Source: the human T2T-CHM13v2.0 reference genome, Homo sapiens. From it: a stretch of 64,000 nt of DNA. Of this stretch, positions 16,395-34,479 are shown piece after piece; the stretch's first letter is position 1, and every line of letters starts with the position of its first letter. The stretch lies in the NCBI RefSeq assembly GCF_009914755.1, contig NC_060947.1; one strand, given 5' to 3'. A program made the position numbers and the translations under genes. Below the pieces are notes generated by a model. It was not told the DNA's origin. It saw only the letters and a list, made by a program, of their open reading frames with translations, and did not search any database.

Positions 16395-16883
16395 GTGAGT
16401 CTTGTTTTGATAAGCCTGAAGTGTAAGTATATCTGTAGGTCAATAAAGAATTATAGAAAAGGAATTAACATCAGTATATAACTTCCATTAAAATTAAACA
16501 TAGTGGGCCAGGGGTAGATATGCTATTGTCATTGGAGTTAAAAGTTTAATCAAAGCAGTGAAATAGTTCTCGCTGGATTAAATAGAGATGGTTTCCTAAA
16601 GAAGATGGAAATCTTTAAGCAGTTTAAATGACAGAAGAGATTTTTTTTTTGCTTCTTTTTTTAATTTTATTTCTTATTATTATACTTTAAGTTTTAGGGT
16701 ATATGTGCACAATGTGCAGGTTAGTTACATATGTATACATGTGCCATGCTGGTGCGCTGCACCCACTAACTCGTCATCCAGCATTAGGTGTATCTCCTAA
16801 TGCTATCCCTCCCCCCTCCCCCAACCCCACAACAGTCCCCAGAGTATGATGTTCCCCTTCCTGTGTCCATGTGTTCTCATTGT

Positions 16884-20726
<3,843 letters not shown>

Positions 20727-20774
20727 TTATTTTGCTCGTTAGTTGATGCAGTTTCTTCCTAGTCTCGATGGTCT

Positions 20775-21791
20775 TTACATTTTGGCATGATTTTGCGGTG
20801 GCTGGTACCGGTTGTTCCTTTCCATGTTTAGCACTTCCTTCAGTAGCTCTTTTAGGGCAGGCCTGGTGGTGACAAAATCTCTCAGCATTTGCTTTTCTGT
20901 AAAGTATTTTATTTCTCCTTCACTTATGAAGCTTAGTTTGGCTGGATATGAAATTCTGCATTGAAAATTCTTTTCTTTAGGAATGTTGAATATTGGCCCC
21001 CACTCTCTTCTGGCTTGTAGAGTTTCTGCCGAGAGATCCGTTGTTAGCCTGATGGGCTTCCCTTTGAGGGTAACCTGACCTTTCTCTCTGGCTGCCCTTA
21101 ACATTTTTTCCTTCATTTCAACTTTGGTGAATCTGACAATTATGTGTCTTGCAGTTGCTCTTCTCAAGGAGTATCTTTGTGGCATTCTCTGTATTTCCTG
21201 AATCTGAATGTTGGCCTGCCTTGCTAGATTGGGGAAGTTCTCCTGGATAATATCCTGCAGAGTGTTTTCCAACTTGGCTGCATTCTCCCCATCACTTTCA
21301 GGTACACCAATCAGACATAGATTTGGTCTTTTCACATAGTCCCATATTTCTTGGAGGCTTTGTTCATTTCTTTTTATTCTTTTTTCTCTATACTTCCCTT
21401 CTCGCTTCATTTCATTCATTTCATCTTCCATCACTGATACCCTTTCTTCCAGTTGATCACATCGGCTCCTGAGGCTTTTGCATTCTTCACGTAGTTCTCG
21501 AGCCTTGGTTTTCAGCTCCATCAGCTCCTTTAAGCACTTCTCTGTATTGATTATTCTAGTTATACATTCTTCTAAATTGTTTTCAAAGTTTTCAACTTCT
21601 TTGCCTTTGGTTTGAATTTCCTCCCGTAGCTCGGAGTAATTTGATCATCTGAAGCCTTCTTCTCTCAGCTCGTCAAAGTCCTTCTCCGTCCAGCTTTGTT
21701 CCATTGCTAGTGAGGAGCTACGTTCCTTTGGAGGAGGAGAGGCGCTCTGCTTTTTAGAGTTTCCAGTTTTTCTGCTCTGTTTTTTTCCCAT
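20775..21791 (-). pseudogene. L1 ORF1 with nonsense codon 49
   Basis: ATG at 21791; TGA at 21645-21647, where copy B has CGA. The 248-aa remainder has ORF1p motifs REKG, ARREW and YPAKLS. Confidence 0.93.
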
Positions 21792-22246
21792 CTTTGTGGT
21801 TTTATCTACTTTTGGTCTTTGATGATGGTGATGTACAGATGGGTTTTTGGTGTGGCTGTCCTTTCTGTTTGTTAGTTTTCCTTCTAACAGACAGGACCCT
21901 CAGCTGCAGGTCTGTTGGAGTTCCTGGCCGTGTGAGGTGTCAGTCTGCCCCCGCTGGGGGGTGCCTCCCAGTTAGGCTGCTCAGGGGTCAGGGGTCAGGG
22001 AGCCACTTGAGGAGGCAGTCTGCCCGTTCTCAGATCTCCAGCTGCGTGCTGGGAGAACCACTGCTCTCTTTAAAGCTGTCAGACAGGGACATTTAAGTCT
22101 GCAGAGGTTACTGCTGTCTTTTTGTTTGTCTGTGCCCTGCCCCCAGAGGTGGAGCCTACAGAGGCAGGCAGGCCTCCTTGAGCTGTGGTGGGCTCCACCC
22201 AGTTCCAGCTTCCCAGCTGCTTTGTTTACCTAAGCAAGCCTGGGCA

Positions 22247-22429
22247 ATGGCGGGCGCCCCTCCCCCAGCCTCGCTGCCGCCTTGCAGTTTGATCTCAGAC
22301 TGCTGTGCTATCAATCAGCGAGACTCCATGGGCGTAGGACCCTCCGAGCCAGGTGCGGGATATAATCTCGTGGTGCCCCGTTTTTTTAGCCTGTCGGAAA
22401 AGCGCAGTATTCGGGTGGGAGTGACCTGA
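22247..22429 (+). pseudogene. L1 antisense ORF0, truncated at 60 aa
   Basis: MAGAPPPASLPPCSLISDCC... ends at TGA where copy B has CGA. Confidence 0.8.
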
Positions 22430-22677
22430 TTTTCCAGGTGCCATCTGTCACCCCTTTCTTTGAGTAGGAAAGGGAACTCCCTGACCCCTTGTGCTTCCCA
22501 AGTGAGGCAATGCCTCGCCCTGCTTGGGCTCATGCATGGTGCGTGCACCCACTGACCTGCACCCACTGTCTCGCACTCCCTAGTGAGATGAACCCGGTAC
22601 CTCAGATGGAAATGCAGAAATCACCCGTCTTCTGCATCGCTCACACTGGGAGCTGTAGACTGGAGCTGTTCCTATTC

Positions 22678-22688
22678 GGCCATCTTGG
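22678..22688 (-). promoter_or_regulatory. YY1 site of the L1 sense promoter (copy A)
   Basis: CCAAGATGGCC intact near the L1 5' end. Confidence 0.8.
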
Positions 22689-23585
22689 CTCCTCCCCAGA
22701 AGAGATGTTTTGTGAGCAAGGGTAAGGGAATACAATCTGGTTTTGTTTCTTAGCAGAACCAGAAGTAGTAGCAGAATAACCTAACAAAAGGATTTATGAA
22801 ATCAGCGGAGATAAATTGGGTGATGAAGTCATCTCATATTTCTTAGGGCAAATTTTTCAAATGAAGGCTCTGCACCAGCTGTATCTATTTCATCCGTATC
22901 CACGGTCACCATTCTGTTAAAACCTTTGTCAAAGCAATTTCGGGCTAAATTCCCAAACTCATTGTCCTTTACTTAGTCCTCATTCTTCATGAATTTGATG
23001 TACCCTCTCACAAGTATTCCTTGATCTTGGTGATACTATGCTATCCTAACTTTCCTTCTGCTTCTAAAAAATGTATCTATATTCCTCCTTGTCTCTTTTT
23101 CTCATTTTCTATATTCATTCTCTTTTAACACTACTTTTTAGGATGCAGTTATACAGTCTCTTATCATGGCCTCAAAAAGTAGATAGGTGATCTACTAATA
23201 TAGCTTAACATTCCAAGTGGCTGATGGCAAATCTTTTCTAAATGAAAAGGGGAAAATTGAAGCAGAGAGGCACTTTGTAATTTGGTAAGTGTTAAAATAA
23301 TGTATTAAAGTTGAATCTAGCATGAACTTAGATTTCTGATTCCCAGGCCTGTTTAAAAACACTTTAGAAGATGTTTTCCCAGGTTTATTATGTGAGCACA
23401 TCTTGAGCATCTTGAGTACTTTTGGCTTATCAGCATGGTGGCTGCTTGACTAAATTATCCAATTCTTAACAAATCCTAATAGCTCAGAATATCCATACTG
23501 TTTGGTGAATGAAAATATATAAAGGAAACCTAGTAATTCAATAGGGCCAATGCCATGAGAAGACCCCTTAAAGTCCTCTTTTTTC

Positions 23586-23675
23586 TTTTTTTTATATATT
23601 ATTATTATTATACTTTAAGTTTTAGGGTACATGTGCACAACGTGCAGGTTTGTTACATATGTAGACATGTGCCAT
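23586..23675 (-). mobile_element. Severely 5'-truncated L1PA4/5-like insertion (~90 bp)
   Basis: TTATACTTTAAGTTTTAGGGTACATGTGCACAACGTGCAGGTTTGTTACATATG. TSD TCTTTTTTC at 23577-23585 and 23675-23683. Confidence 0.9.
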
Positions 23676-24424
23676 CTTTTTTCAAGATCTATGTATGTCG
23701 GGAGAGGGGGCAGAGGGGTGAAATTTGGAGAAAAGGAAGGGGAAGAGAGGGAAAGAGAAAGAATGTGTTCAGATACTACTTTTACCCGTTAAATTGCTTA
23801 GCCGTATATTTTATTTAATCTTAGTTCAATGGATAGCAAATTAATCAGGAAAGAATATTCAGTGTGTGACCCACTCAGTGACTGAAATACCCTGCTACTA
23901 AGAGTTCCTAAATATATGCAGTATGCATACCTTGTATATTACTAAGAATATTTGGGCCCAAAAGTATAACAAAACAAAGGATGAATCACCTAGTAATCAA
24001 CTTTTGTTGGTGTTATTGTTCTCAGCTTCATGTTCTTTTACAGAATAGTATGTTTCACATGAAACAGTGTCTGACCATCTTCTTGGAGCAAGTAGAGCAA
24101 AGCATCTAGATGGTCTGCTCTACACTATCATATTTAAACATACTGCTGGTGCCAGCAGTTCAGAGTCCCTCATAGAATTTCTTAGATGAATTGTAAATTT
24201 TGTCAGCTAGTAATTTCCTCATGGCTTTTTTTTTTTGGTCACTTAACAAATGCTCTAATTTGTGTAATCTTTTCACACATATACCCCTCAAAACAGGCAA
24301 CTGAAGTAGTTATGATAAGTGAAACACAGTGCTTTGGTTTTCATTTGAATACAGTATTGCCTTTTAAAGGGCATATATGCTTATAGTTAACTTATGACAG
24401 GGAAGATATGCCTCCTTTAAGCTT

Positions 24425-24545
24425 TTTTACTTTTTCTTATGAAAAATTCAAACATATACACAGGTAGATTAGTATGATGGAATGGACTCCCCATGTATGT
24501 ACACATCACCCTGCTTCAACAAATATCAATTCATGGTCATTTTTT
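24425..24545 (-). mobile_element. L1ME 3' end fragment
   Basis: TGAAAAATTCAAACATATACA...CATCACCCTGCTTCAACAAATATCAATTCATGG. Confidence 0.6.
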
Positions 24546-24639
24546 AAACAAAATTTGAGTTTATGAAGTTAGAAAATAAATTATACCTAAGTACTTGATA
24601 GAATGTAAAGGTAATTTGGAAAGGTCTGGAGATAGGAAT

Positions 24640-24882
24640 AGTAAAAATAATAAGAAACATTTATATGTTGATGACAAGCCCTTTGTCAATTGCTTTGCTT
24701 ATGTTAATTACTTCTCACAAAATCCCATTTTATGGGAACCACATTATTATAATTTTGAAATACAAAAAAGTTTGAGACACAGAGAGGTAAAGTGACATGT
24801 CTCAGGTACCCAACTATAAGTGACAGACTTGGGCTTTGATCCTAGGAAGCCTGGCTCCAAAATCTATCTTCTTAATCACCAT
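24640..24882 (-). mobile_element. MIR
   Basis: Reverse MIR core TGAGACACAGAGAGGTAAAGTGACATGTCTCAGGT...CCTGGCTCCAAAATC. Confidence 0.75.
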
Positions 24883-24978
24883 AAGAGGGATAAGATGTAG
24901 AAAATAAGTGTGATATTCAACTGAAGGTAAATTAGAAATTAAAGCTGTAATTCATGAAATTATAATGTATGCTAATAA

Positions 24979-26531
<1,553 letters not shown>

Positions 26532-26689
26532 AATTTTATAGAAATTTTGTTAGCACAACTTTTCAGGACTACATCTGTTTCACAAAGTAAAGGCATACTT
26601 GTAGATTGAAAAGAAACAATTAAGATGTCAGAAACTCTCTGATATAAGTTTTATTTTGTAGTTTGCATTCTATCACACCATATCATTAC

Positions 26690-27250
26690 TATCAATTAAG
26701 ATTTCTTTGGCTACAAGTAACAGAAAACTCAACTCAAAGTGGTTCTAATAGTAGGGTTTTTTTTTTTTTAATTATCTCCCATAACACACCAGTCAAATGG
26801 TTCTAGAGTTGGGAAATTCCAAGGTAGAGTGATGTTATCAAGGACCCAGGTACTTTCTGTCTTTCTCTCTCACCTCTTGCATGTTGGCTTTTGCCTTTAA
26901 GCTTGTCCCCTAATGGTTGAATGGAGCTTTTTGTTTGTTTGTTTGTTTTTGTTTTTTTTTTTTTTTTTTTGCTCCCGCTTTAGCTTATAAGGCCAACCAA
27001 ATAAGCAGATCTTTCTGAGGATAGCAGTTTTAGGCCTGTTATGCTCTTTTCTCTACAAGCAAAGAAGAGGAAGTTTCTCTTTATGTCAGAGCAAAACCTT
27101 TCTCAGAATCAAAACTACCTATAAGCTGAAGTTCCATTGTCAAGATTGGACTGCTTACCCATACTCTAGCTGAAAAAGAGGCTGGAAAAGCTAGTGTCTC
27201 CTATTTTTAGCTTCTAGCAGAAGGTGGGTTTTAGCAGAAAAGAAAGAGAA
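26690..27250 (-). mobile_element. Old MLT1-type LTR, with a possible MER21/68/77-like LTR end inserted at ~26975-27057
   Basis: ATCAATTAAGATTTCTTTGGCTACAAGTAACAGAAAAC...ATCAAGGACCCAGG. Inner piece GATAGCAGTTTTAGGCCTGTTATG..TCTTTTCTCTACA. Confidence 0.6.
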
Positions 27251-27337
27251 AATGGGTTAACTTAGGGAGGGTAGATTCACTCCTGGATGTAGAAAACTCG
27301 TCTCTGGCAAAACGTCTTTACATGTGTCTTGGTAATG

Positions 27338-27397
27338 GGCTTACTGTTTGAGCTTGTGCTTCCTGCAGGCTTACTATTTGAGCTTGTGCTTCCTGCA
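27338..27397. repeat. 30-bp tandem duplication (2 copies, 1 mismatch)
   Basis: GGCTTACT(G/A)TTTGAGCTTGTGCTTCCTGCA twice. Confidence 0.97.
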
Positions 27398-28352
27398 TTT
27401 ATTCACTCAACAAATATTTACTGAATGCTTTTCACTTAGAGATGCTTGAGTTGAAATCTGAAGGGTGAATAGTATTTAATTAGGCAAAGAAGAGAGGGAG
27501 GTGACTAAAGAGATTCCAGACAGAAGAAGTAGTAGCATTAAAAAACAGGGTATATTCAAAGGACCATACACAAGCACAGATAACAAGAAGAGTGGTTGAA
27601 AGAAAAAAAAAAACCTTGCTTTGAGATATAGGCAGAGCTCAGACTCTCTAGGACATTGTAGGCCATAGTAGTAGTAAAGTTTTCGGCCTTTAGCCACTGA
27701 AGGGCTTTAAGTAAGGGATATTGTGATCAGCTTCACATTAAAACAATTTTAAACATTTTATTTGGAAATAATTTAGACCCACGAGAAGTTTCAAAATTAG
27801 TAAGGAAGTTCCAGTGTACCCTTCACTCATATTCCCCCAGTAATAATATCTGAAATAATGTTAGGACAATTATTAAAACCAGGAAACAGACACTGATACA
27901 ACACTATTAACTGAATGACAGACACTTTTTGTATTTTATCAGTTAGCTATGAATTTCTAAAAGACTCCTCTAGCTACAATATAAACAATGTTTTGGAGGA
28001 CTAGAGTGAATGCGTGGAGACCAGTGAAGAGGCTATTGCAGTAGATAAGGTGAGATGTTGGTGGCTCAGACTAGGATGTTGGCAGTGAAGATTCTGAATA
28101 TTAGATTCAATAGATATTTGGGAGGTAAAATAAAGTGAACTAGGTAATTCATTGGATGGGATGTTGAAAGAGAGAAAGTCATTATTTCTAGGTTTCTGGC
28201 TTGGATAACTGAATAGAAGGTGATGCTATTTACTAAAATAAGGACTAGGTTTGTGTGTATGGAGGGGCAGAGATGAGTAGCTCACCCTTGGATGGACAGG
28301 TAGATCTGTTGAGTATGCAAATGAATTTGAAACTCTGGAGCTCAAAAGAGGG
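27398..28352 (-). mobile_element. L2 fragment interrupted by an L1MC 3' piece (~27755-27945)
   Basis: Reverse L2 tail ATTCACTCAACAAATATTTACTGAATGC; GGAGACCAGTGAAGAGGCTATTGCAGTAG; GGTTTCTGGCTTGGATAACTG. Confidence 0.75.
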
Positions 28353-28391
28353 GCTACATAGTATTCTATAGCATGATGTACAATGACATAT

Positions 28392-28705
28392 TTATTTATT
28401 TTTTATTTTTAAATTCTTTGTAGAGTTGGGGTCTTGCTCCGTCACCCAGGCTGCAGTGCAGTGGCACAATCATAGCTCACTACAAAAGCTTGAACTCTCG
28501 GGCTCAAGCAATCTCCCTGCCTCAGCCTCCCAAGTAGCTTAATGGGAGGCTAATCCACCCCACCACACCCAGCTAATTTTATTTTTTGTAGAGACAGAGT
28601 CTCGCTATGTTGCCCAGGCTGGCATCAAACTCCTGGCCTCAACTGATCCTCCTGCCTCAGCCTCTCAAAGTGCTACGATTACAGGTGTGAGCAACAGCTC
28701 AGCCT
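28392..28705 (-). mobile_element. AluJ
   Basis: Reverse Alu with ATCATAGCTCACT and GGCTCAAGCAATC. Confidence 0.92.
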
Positions 28706-28939
28706 CTGACATACTTAATAACTGTTTTCTGTTCTTAGAACTTTTTCCAAATTTTTCTTCTTAAAATAAACATAATTGTAGCTAAATCTTTGTGTACATC
28801 CTTAATCATTCCTCAGGATAAATTCCCTGGAGTAAAATTTATAGGCCAAATAACATGTCTATTTTAAATAAAAACTTATCAAATATTGAAATTATTTTCC
28901 TTCTGTATGATTCTATAAATCATTAAAAACATAATCTGA

Positions 28940-31900
28940 GTGGCACAAGGACTGAGGTTCAAGTGAAGCATGGGCTGCCACAGTCAGAGCCGAGGTACAA
29001 GCAAGGTGCAGACTACTGCCATCAGGGCTAAGAGGCAAGGCCACTGGGGCTTAGGTGCAAGCAGCACATGCATTCCCCACACACTGGCCTAGGCTGTCAC
29101 CTCTGAAGGCAGCTGTGCCCTCCCCAGTGGCAAAGCCACAGCATGGCCAGTACCACTCCCAACCTGAACATTTCACCATGGGCCTGGGGATCACCTCACC
29201 CCATCTACACACTATCAGGGGCTTGAGGACAAGCCCACCTGGCCCAGCTCCGCCCCCTCCCCCATCCAGAACATACAGTCCAGGGACCAGGGGATTGCCC
29301 AGCCCGGTCCACCACCGTTAACACCTCAGAACTCCTCCAGGGGTCCTGAGGTAGGACCTACCCACCCTGCCACTCCACCACCTGCATAGCACTTACCAGC
29401 ATAGCACCTACCTACATAGCACCTACCTACTAGCACCTTCCACCTGTGGGTCTGAAGACTGGCTCAGCCAGCTCATCATAGCCACCACCAACACCAGTGC
29501 ACATTGCTCTAGACCCAGAGGGTCATTCTGCCACTGCCACTGACATCGCCTAAGCCATGTTGGCTGTCCAGGAGCCTGATAACCCACCCATCTGCCTGGC
29601 CCACTGTTACAACTACCAACTACTAACATCTGAGTAAGTCATCTGGAGACCCAAGAATTGGCCTACTAACACTGGAGCCAATGTATGCCACCCTGGGCCC
29701 CAAGAATAGAAATGCTCTGCTTAGTGCTGCCACCACTAGGAGCCAAAGACAGGACCACCTAGAATCCCACTACTCAGCAAAACTTCACCACAGCTTCCAC
29801 AAATAACTACACTCTAAGCCACTGAGGAAATTACAGATATCCCTGATGCTGTTTATAGCCAAAGAAATCATACAGAGACTACACTGCTGTACACGCCCAG
29901 AATCAAAGCCAAAGTGCCCTGCTCAACCAATACCATAGATACGTCTTCAGGAAAATGTCCCCACCATGAATGCAAATTCAAAAAATTGGAAGAAGTGACT
30001 ATTATACCAGATGTGCAGATATCAAATAAAGAAACAGGAAACATGAAAAAGTAAGGGATGATGACATCTCCAAAGGAACACAATGATTCTGCAGCAACAA
30101 CTACAAATAAAAAATAAATTAATGAAATCTCAGAAAAAACATTCACAATGATGATTTTAAAGAAGCTGAGTGAGATACAAGAGAATACCGAAAAACAATA
30201 CACAGAAATCAGAAAAACAATTCAGGATGTGAATGAAGTTTTACCAGAGATAGATATCATAAAAAAGAACCAAACAAATTCTGGAACTGAATAATCACTT
30301 GATGAGATACAAAACATATTTGAAAACCCCAACAATAGATTAGATCAAGCAGAAGAAAGAATCTCAGAACTTGAAAACAGGTCTTTTGAAATAACCCAAT
30401 CAGACAGAAATGAAAAATGAAGAAAAAAGAACAAAAAAGAATAAGCAGAGCTTTTTTTATATGTATAGGACACCATAAAGTGAACAAATACTTGAGTTAT
30501 CTAGAAGGCAAGCGGATAATAAAAGGGTTAGAAAATGCATTTAGCAAAACAGATTTTATAAATAAAACTTCCTAAGACTAGCAAGAGATTTAGACATCCA
30601 GGTACAGGAGGCTCAGAGGTCCCCAAACACATACATAGCAAAAAGATCTTCTCCATGGCACATTGTAGGCAAACATTCTAAAGTCAAAGAGAATAAAATA
30701 AAATTAAAATTGAATTAAATTAAAACAGCAAGAGAAAAGCATCTAGTCACCTATAAGGGAATCGCCATCAGACTAACAGCAGATTTCTCAGCAGAAATTT
30801 TACAAACCAGAAAGAATGGGATGATATATTCAAAGTTCTGAAAGAAAAAAGCTGCTAATCAAAAATACTATACCCAGGAAAATTGCTGTTCATAAAAGAA
30901 GAAGAGAGACAGACAAAAGATGAGAGACTTTATCACCACTAGATCTGCCCTAAGAAAGTTCTCAAGGGAGTCCTAAACCTGGCAGTGAAAGGATTACATT
31001 TACCATCATAAAAACACACATAGTTATAAACCTCACTGGTAAAGCAAACACACAAATGAGGCAGAGAAACAGCTCAAACGGTACCACTACAGAAAACCAC
31101 CAAACCATAATGAAAAACAAGAGAAAAAGAAAGGAACAAAGGATATACATAACAACCAGAAAAAATAACAATATGCCAGAAACAAACCCTCACATACTAA
31201 TAATAAACTTGAATGTAAATGTATTAAATTCTCCACATAAAAGATATAGACTGGCTGAATGTATTTTTAAAAAACATGACCTAACTATATGCTATGTACA
31301 AGAAATGAACTTTACCTGTAAAGACACATATAGGTTGACAGTAAAGACATGGAAGAACGTACATATCCTACTCAAATGGGAACCAAAAGTGAGCAGGAGT
31401 AGCTATACTTATAGCAAATAAATTAGAGTTTAAGTCAAAAACAGTAAAAAAGGCAAAGTCACTATAAAATGACAAAGGGATCAATCCAGTAGGAAGATAT
31501 AATTGAAATACATACACACCTAACACTGGAGCTCCCAGATTCAAAGAGCAAATATTACTAGATCTAAACAGAGAGATAGGCTTAAATGCAATAATAGTGG
31601 GGGACCTCAACATTCCACTCTCGGTATTAGACAGATTATCTAAATAGAAAATCGACAAAAAAACATTGGATTTAAACTGAACTCTAGACCAAATGGACCT
31701 AACAGACATTTACAGAACAGTTTATCTAACACCTACAGACTATACATTCTTCTCATCAGCATGTGGAACATTCTCCAGGATAGACCATATGTTAAGCCAC
31801 AAAACAAGTCTCAACAAATTTTTAAAAATTGGAATCATACAAAGTATCTTCTCAGACCACAAGAGAATAAAACTAGAAATCAATACCAAGAGGAACTTTG

Positions 31901-33915
31901 GAAACTCTACAAATACCTGGAAATTAAACAACATGCTCCTGGATGACCACTGAGCCAATGAAGAAATTAAAATGGAAATCAAAAAATTTCTTGAAGAAAA
32001 TGAAAACGGAAACACAATATACCAAAACCTGTGGGATACAGCAGAAGCAGTGCCAAGAGGGAAGTTTATGGCAGCAAATGCCTACTTCAAAAAAGTAGAA
32101 CAGAACTAGAAAAGGAAGAACAAACCAAGCCAAAATTAGCATAAGGAAAGAAATAAAGACCAGAGCACACCTACAGAAAATAGAGACTAAAAAAATACAA
32201 AGGATCAATAAATAAAAAGATGGAAAATAATCCTAAAATTTATATGGAACCACAAAAGACCCAGAATAGCCAAAGCTAGCCTGAGCAAAAAGAGCAAAAC
32301 TGGAAGAATCACATTACCTGACTTAAAATTATACCACAGACCTATAGTAACCAAAACAACATGGTACTGGCATTAAAACAGACACATAGACCAAGGGAAC
32401 AGAATAGAGAACCCAGAAACAAATCTATACAGTAAATTAATTTTCAACAAGTGTGCCAAGAATATACATTGGGGAAAGGATGGTCTTCAATGAATGACAC
32501 TGGGAAATCTGGATAAATATATATGCAGAATGAAACTAGACCCCAATCTCTCATCATACACAAAAATCAAAATGGATTAAAGACTTAAATCTAAGACCTC
32601 AAACTATGAAACTACTAAAAGAAAACATTGGGGAAACTCTCCAGAACATTGGACTGGGCAAAGATTTTTTGAGTAATGTCCCAGAAGCACAGCCAACCAA
32701 AGCAAAAATGGACAAATAGGATCACATCAAGTTTAAAAAGCTTCTGCACAGCAAAGGAAACAATCAACAAAGTGTAGGAAACCCCACAGAATGGGAGAAG
32801 GTAATATGCTGGGACTGATGAATTAATCCATTGTCAATCTGACAATGGATTAATAACCAGAATACATAAGGAGCTTAAACAACTCTATAGGAAAAAAATC
32901 TAATGATCTTATCAAAAATGGGCAAAAGATCTGAATAGACATTTCTCAAAAGAAGACATGTAAATGTCCAACAGGTGTATGAAAAAATGCTCAACTTCTA
33001 ATCACTGGGGAAATGTAAGTCAAAACCACAATGGGATATCATCTTACCTTCAGTTAGAATGGCTATTACTAAAAAGACAAAAAAAAAAAAAAACCCACAG
33101 ATGCTGGCAAGGATATGGAGAAAAGGAAACTTTTATCCACTGTTGGTAGGAGTGTAAATTAGCACAGCCATTGTCAAAAACAGTATGCAGATTTCTCAAA
33201 AAAAAAAAAAAGCTAAAAATAGAACTACCATATGATCTAGCAATCCCACTACTGGGAATTTATCCAAAGGAAAAGAAACCAATATGTCAAAGAGATACAT
33301 GCACGCTCATGTTTATTGTAGCGCTGTTCACAATAATCAAGATACGGAGTCAACCTACGTGTCCATCAATGGATGAATGGAGAAAATGTGGCATGTATAC
33401 ACAATGTAATACTATTTGGCCATAGAAAATAATGGAGTCATTCCTTTTGCAGCAACATGGTTGAAACTGGAGGTCATTATGTTAAGTGAAATAAGCCAGA
33501 CACAGAAAGACAAATACTGCACATTCTCACTCATATGTGGGAGCTACAAAAGTTGATCACATGAAGATAGAGTGGAATGGATACCAGAGACTGGGAAGGG
33601 TATATGGGTGGAAGCGGGGAGCAGGGGATGACGTGGAAGGGATGAGAGATTGGTTAATGAGAATAAACATACATACTTAGTTAGGAGAAATAAGTTCTAA
33701 TGTTCAGTAGCAGAGTAGGGTTACTATAGTAAACAACGTGTTATATTTTTCAAAATAGCTAGAAGAGAGGACTTGAAGTGTACCCAACACATAGAAATGA
33801 TTAATACATGGGTAATGGATACCCTAAATACTCTGACTTGATCTTTACACACTATGCATGTAATAAAATTTCATGTGTACCTTATAAATATATACAAATA
33901 TAATGTATCATTTTT
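28940..33915 (+). mobile_element. L1MA (MA2-4-like) with GC-rich 5'UTR, ORF1 and internally deleted ORF2
   Basis: ORF2 start MPETNPHILIINLNVNVLN (31171); MDLTDIYRT...TWKLNNMLL. Jump near 32210-32225 to the ILKFIWN region. Degenerate TSD AAAAACATAATCTGA (28925-28939) and AAAAAAATAACCTGA (33916-33930). Confidence 0.9.
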
Positions 33916-34479
33916 AAAAAAATAACCTGATGCCTCATTAGCCTAGGCATGGAACAAACTTCAGTGTTCTAAGAGGGGCTGGAGACTGATGAATAATGAG
34001 AAAGCTGAGAAAATTATACAAAACAAAAGTAGTATCTGAACTTCTATCAGCCACCAATATAGTATGTTGTGATATTAACCATCATAATCCATTTGTTACC
34101 ACATTTTAAAATGTAAACTATTAGAGAATTTCTCTACCTTTTGGGATAGTAAATTTTGTTTCTATAGAATTTATTCTGTATTGAACTTTTACTGTTCCTT
34201 AAAGCAAGGTGTACCTGAGAAGTTCGTGTTAAAGAGTCTCATAAAGTCTCATATTATCTGTGACCTCTGCACATTTACCAACACAAGAACCATGTTGTAC
34301 CTGAGAGTATTGTGGAGACTCTTTATAATACTTGGAAGGTCATGCACAGTTCAAATTAGATTTAGGGAGTGCCTTGTTCAACCACATTTATGATGTGTCC
34401 CTTATTGGCCAGAGTAGATCCTGACACCTAAGCAGAATGAAGAACATTTCCTGGGTGCAGTACATACTTCAAAACATTT

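Noticed and set aside
24001-24060. Acceptor-like TGTTCTTTTACAG downstream of the copy A antisense promoter
   Set aside because: No convincing donor follows, and such motifs are common in T-rich DNA.
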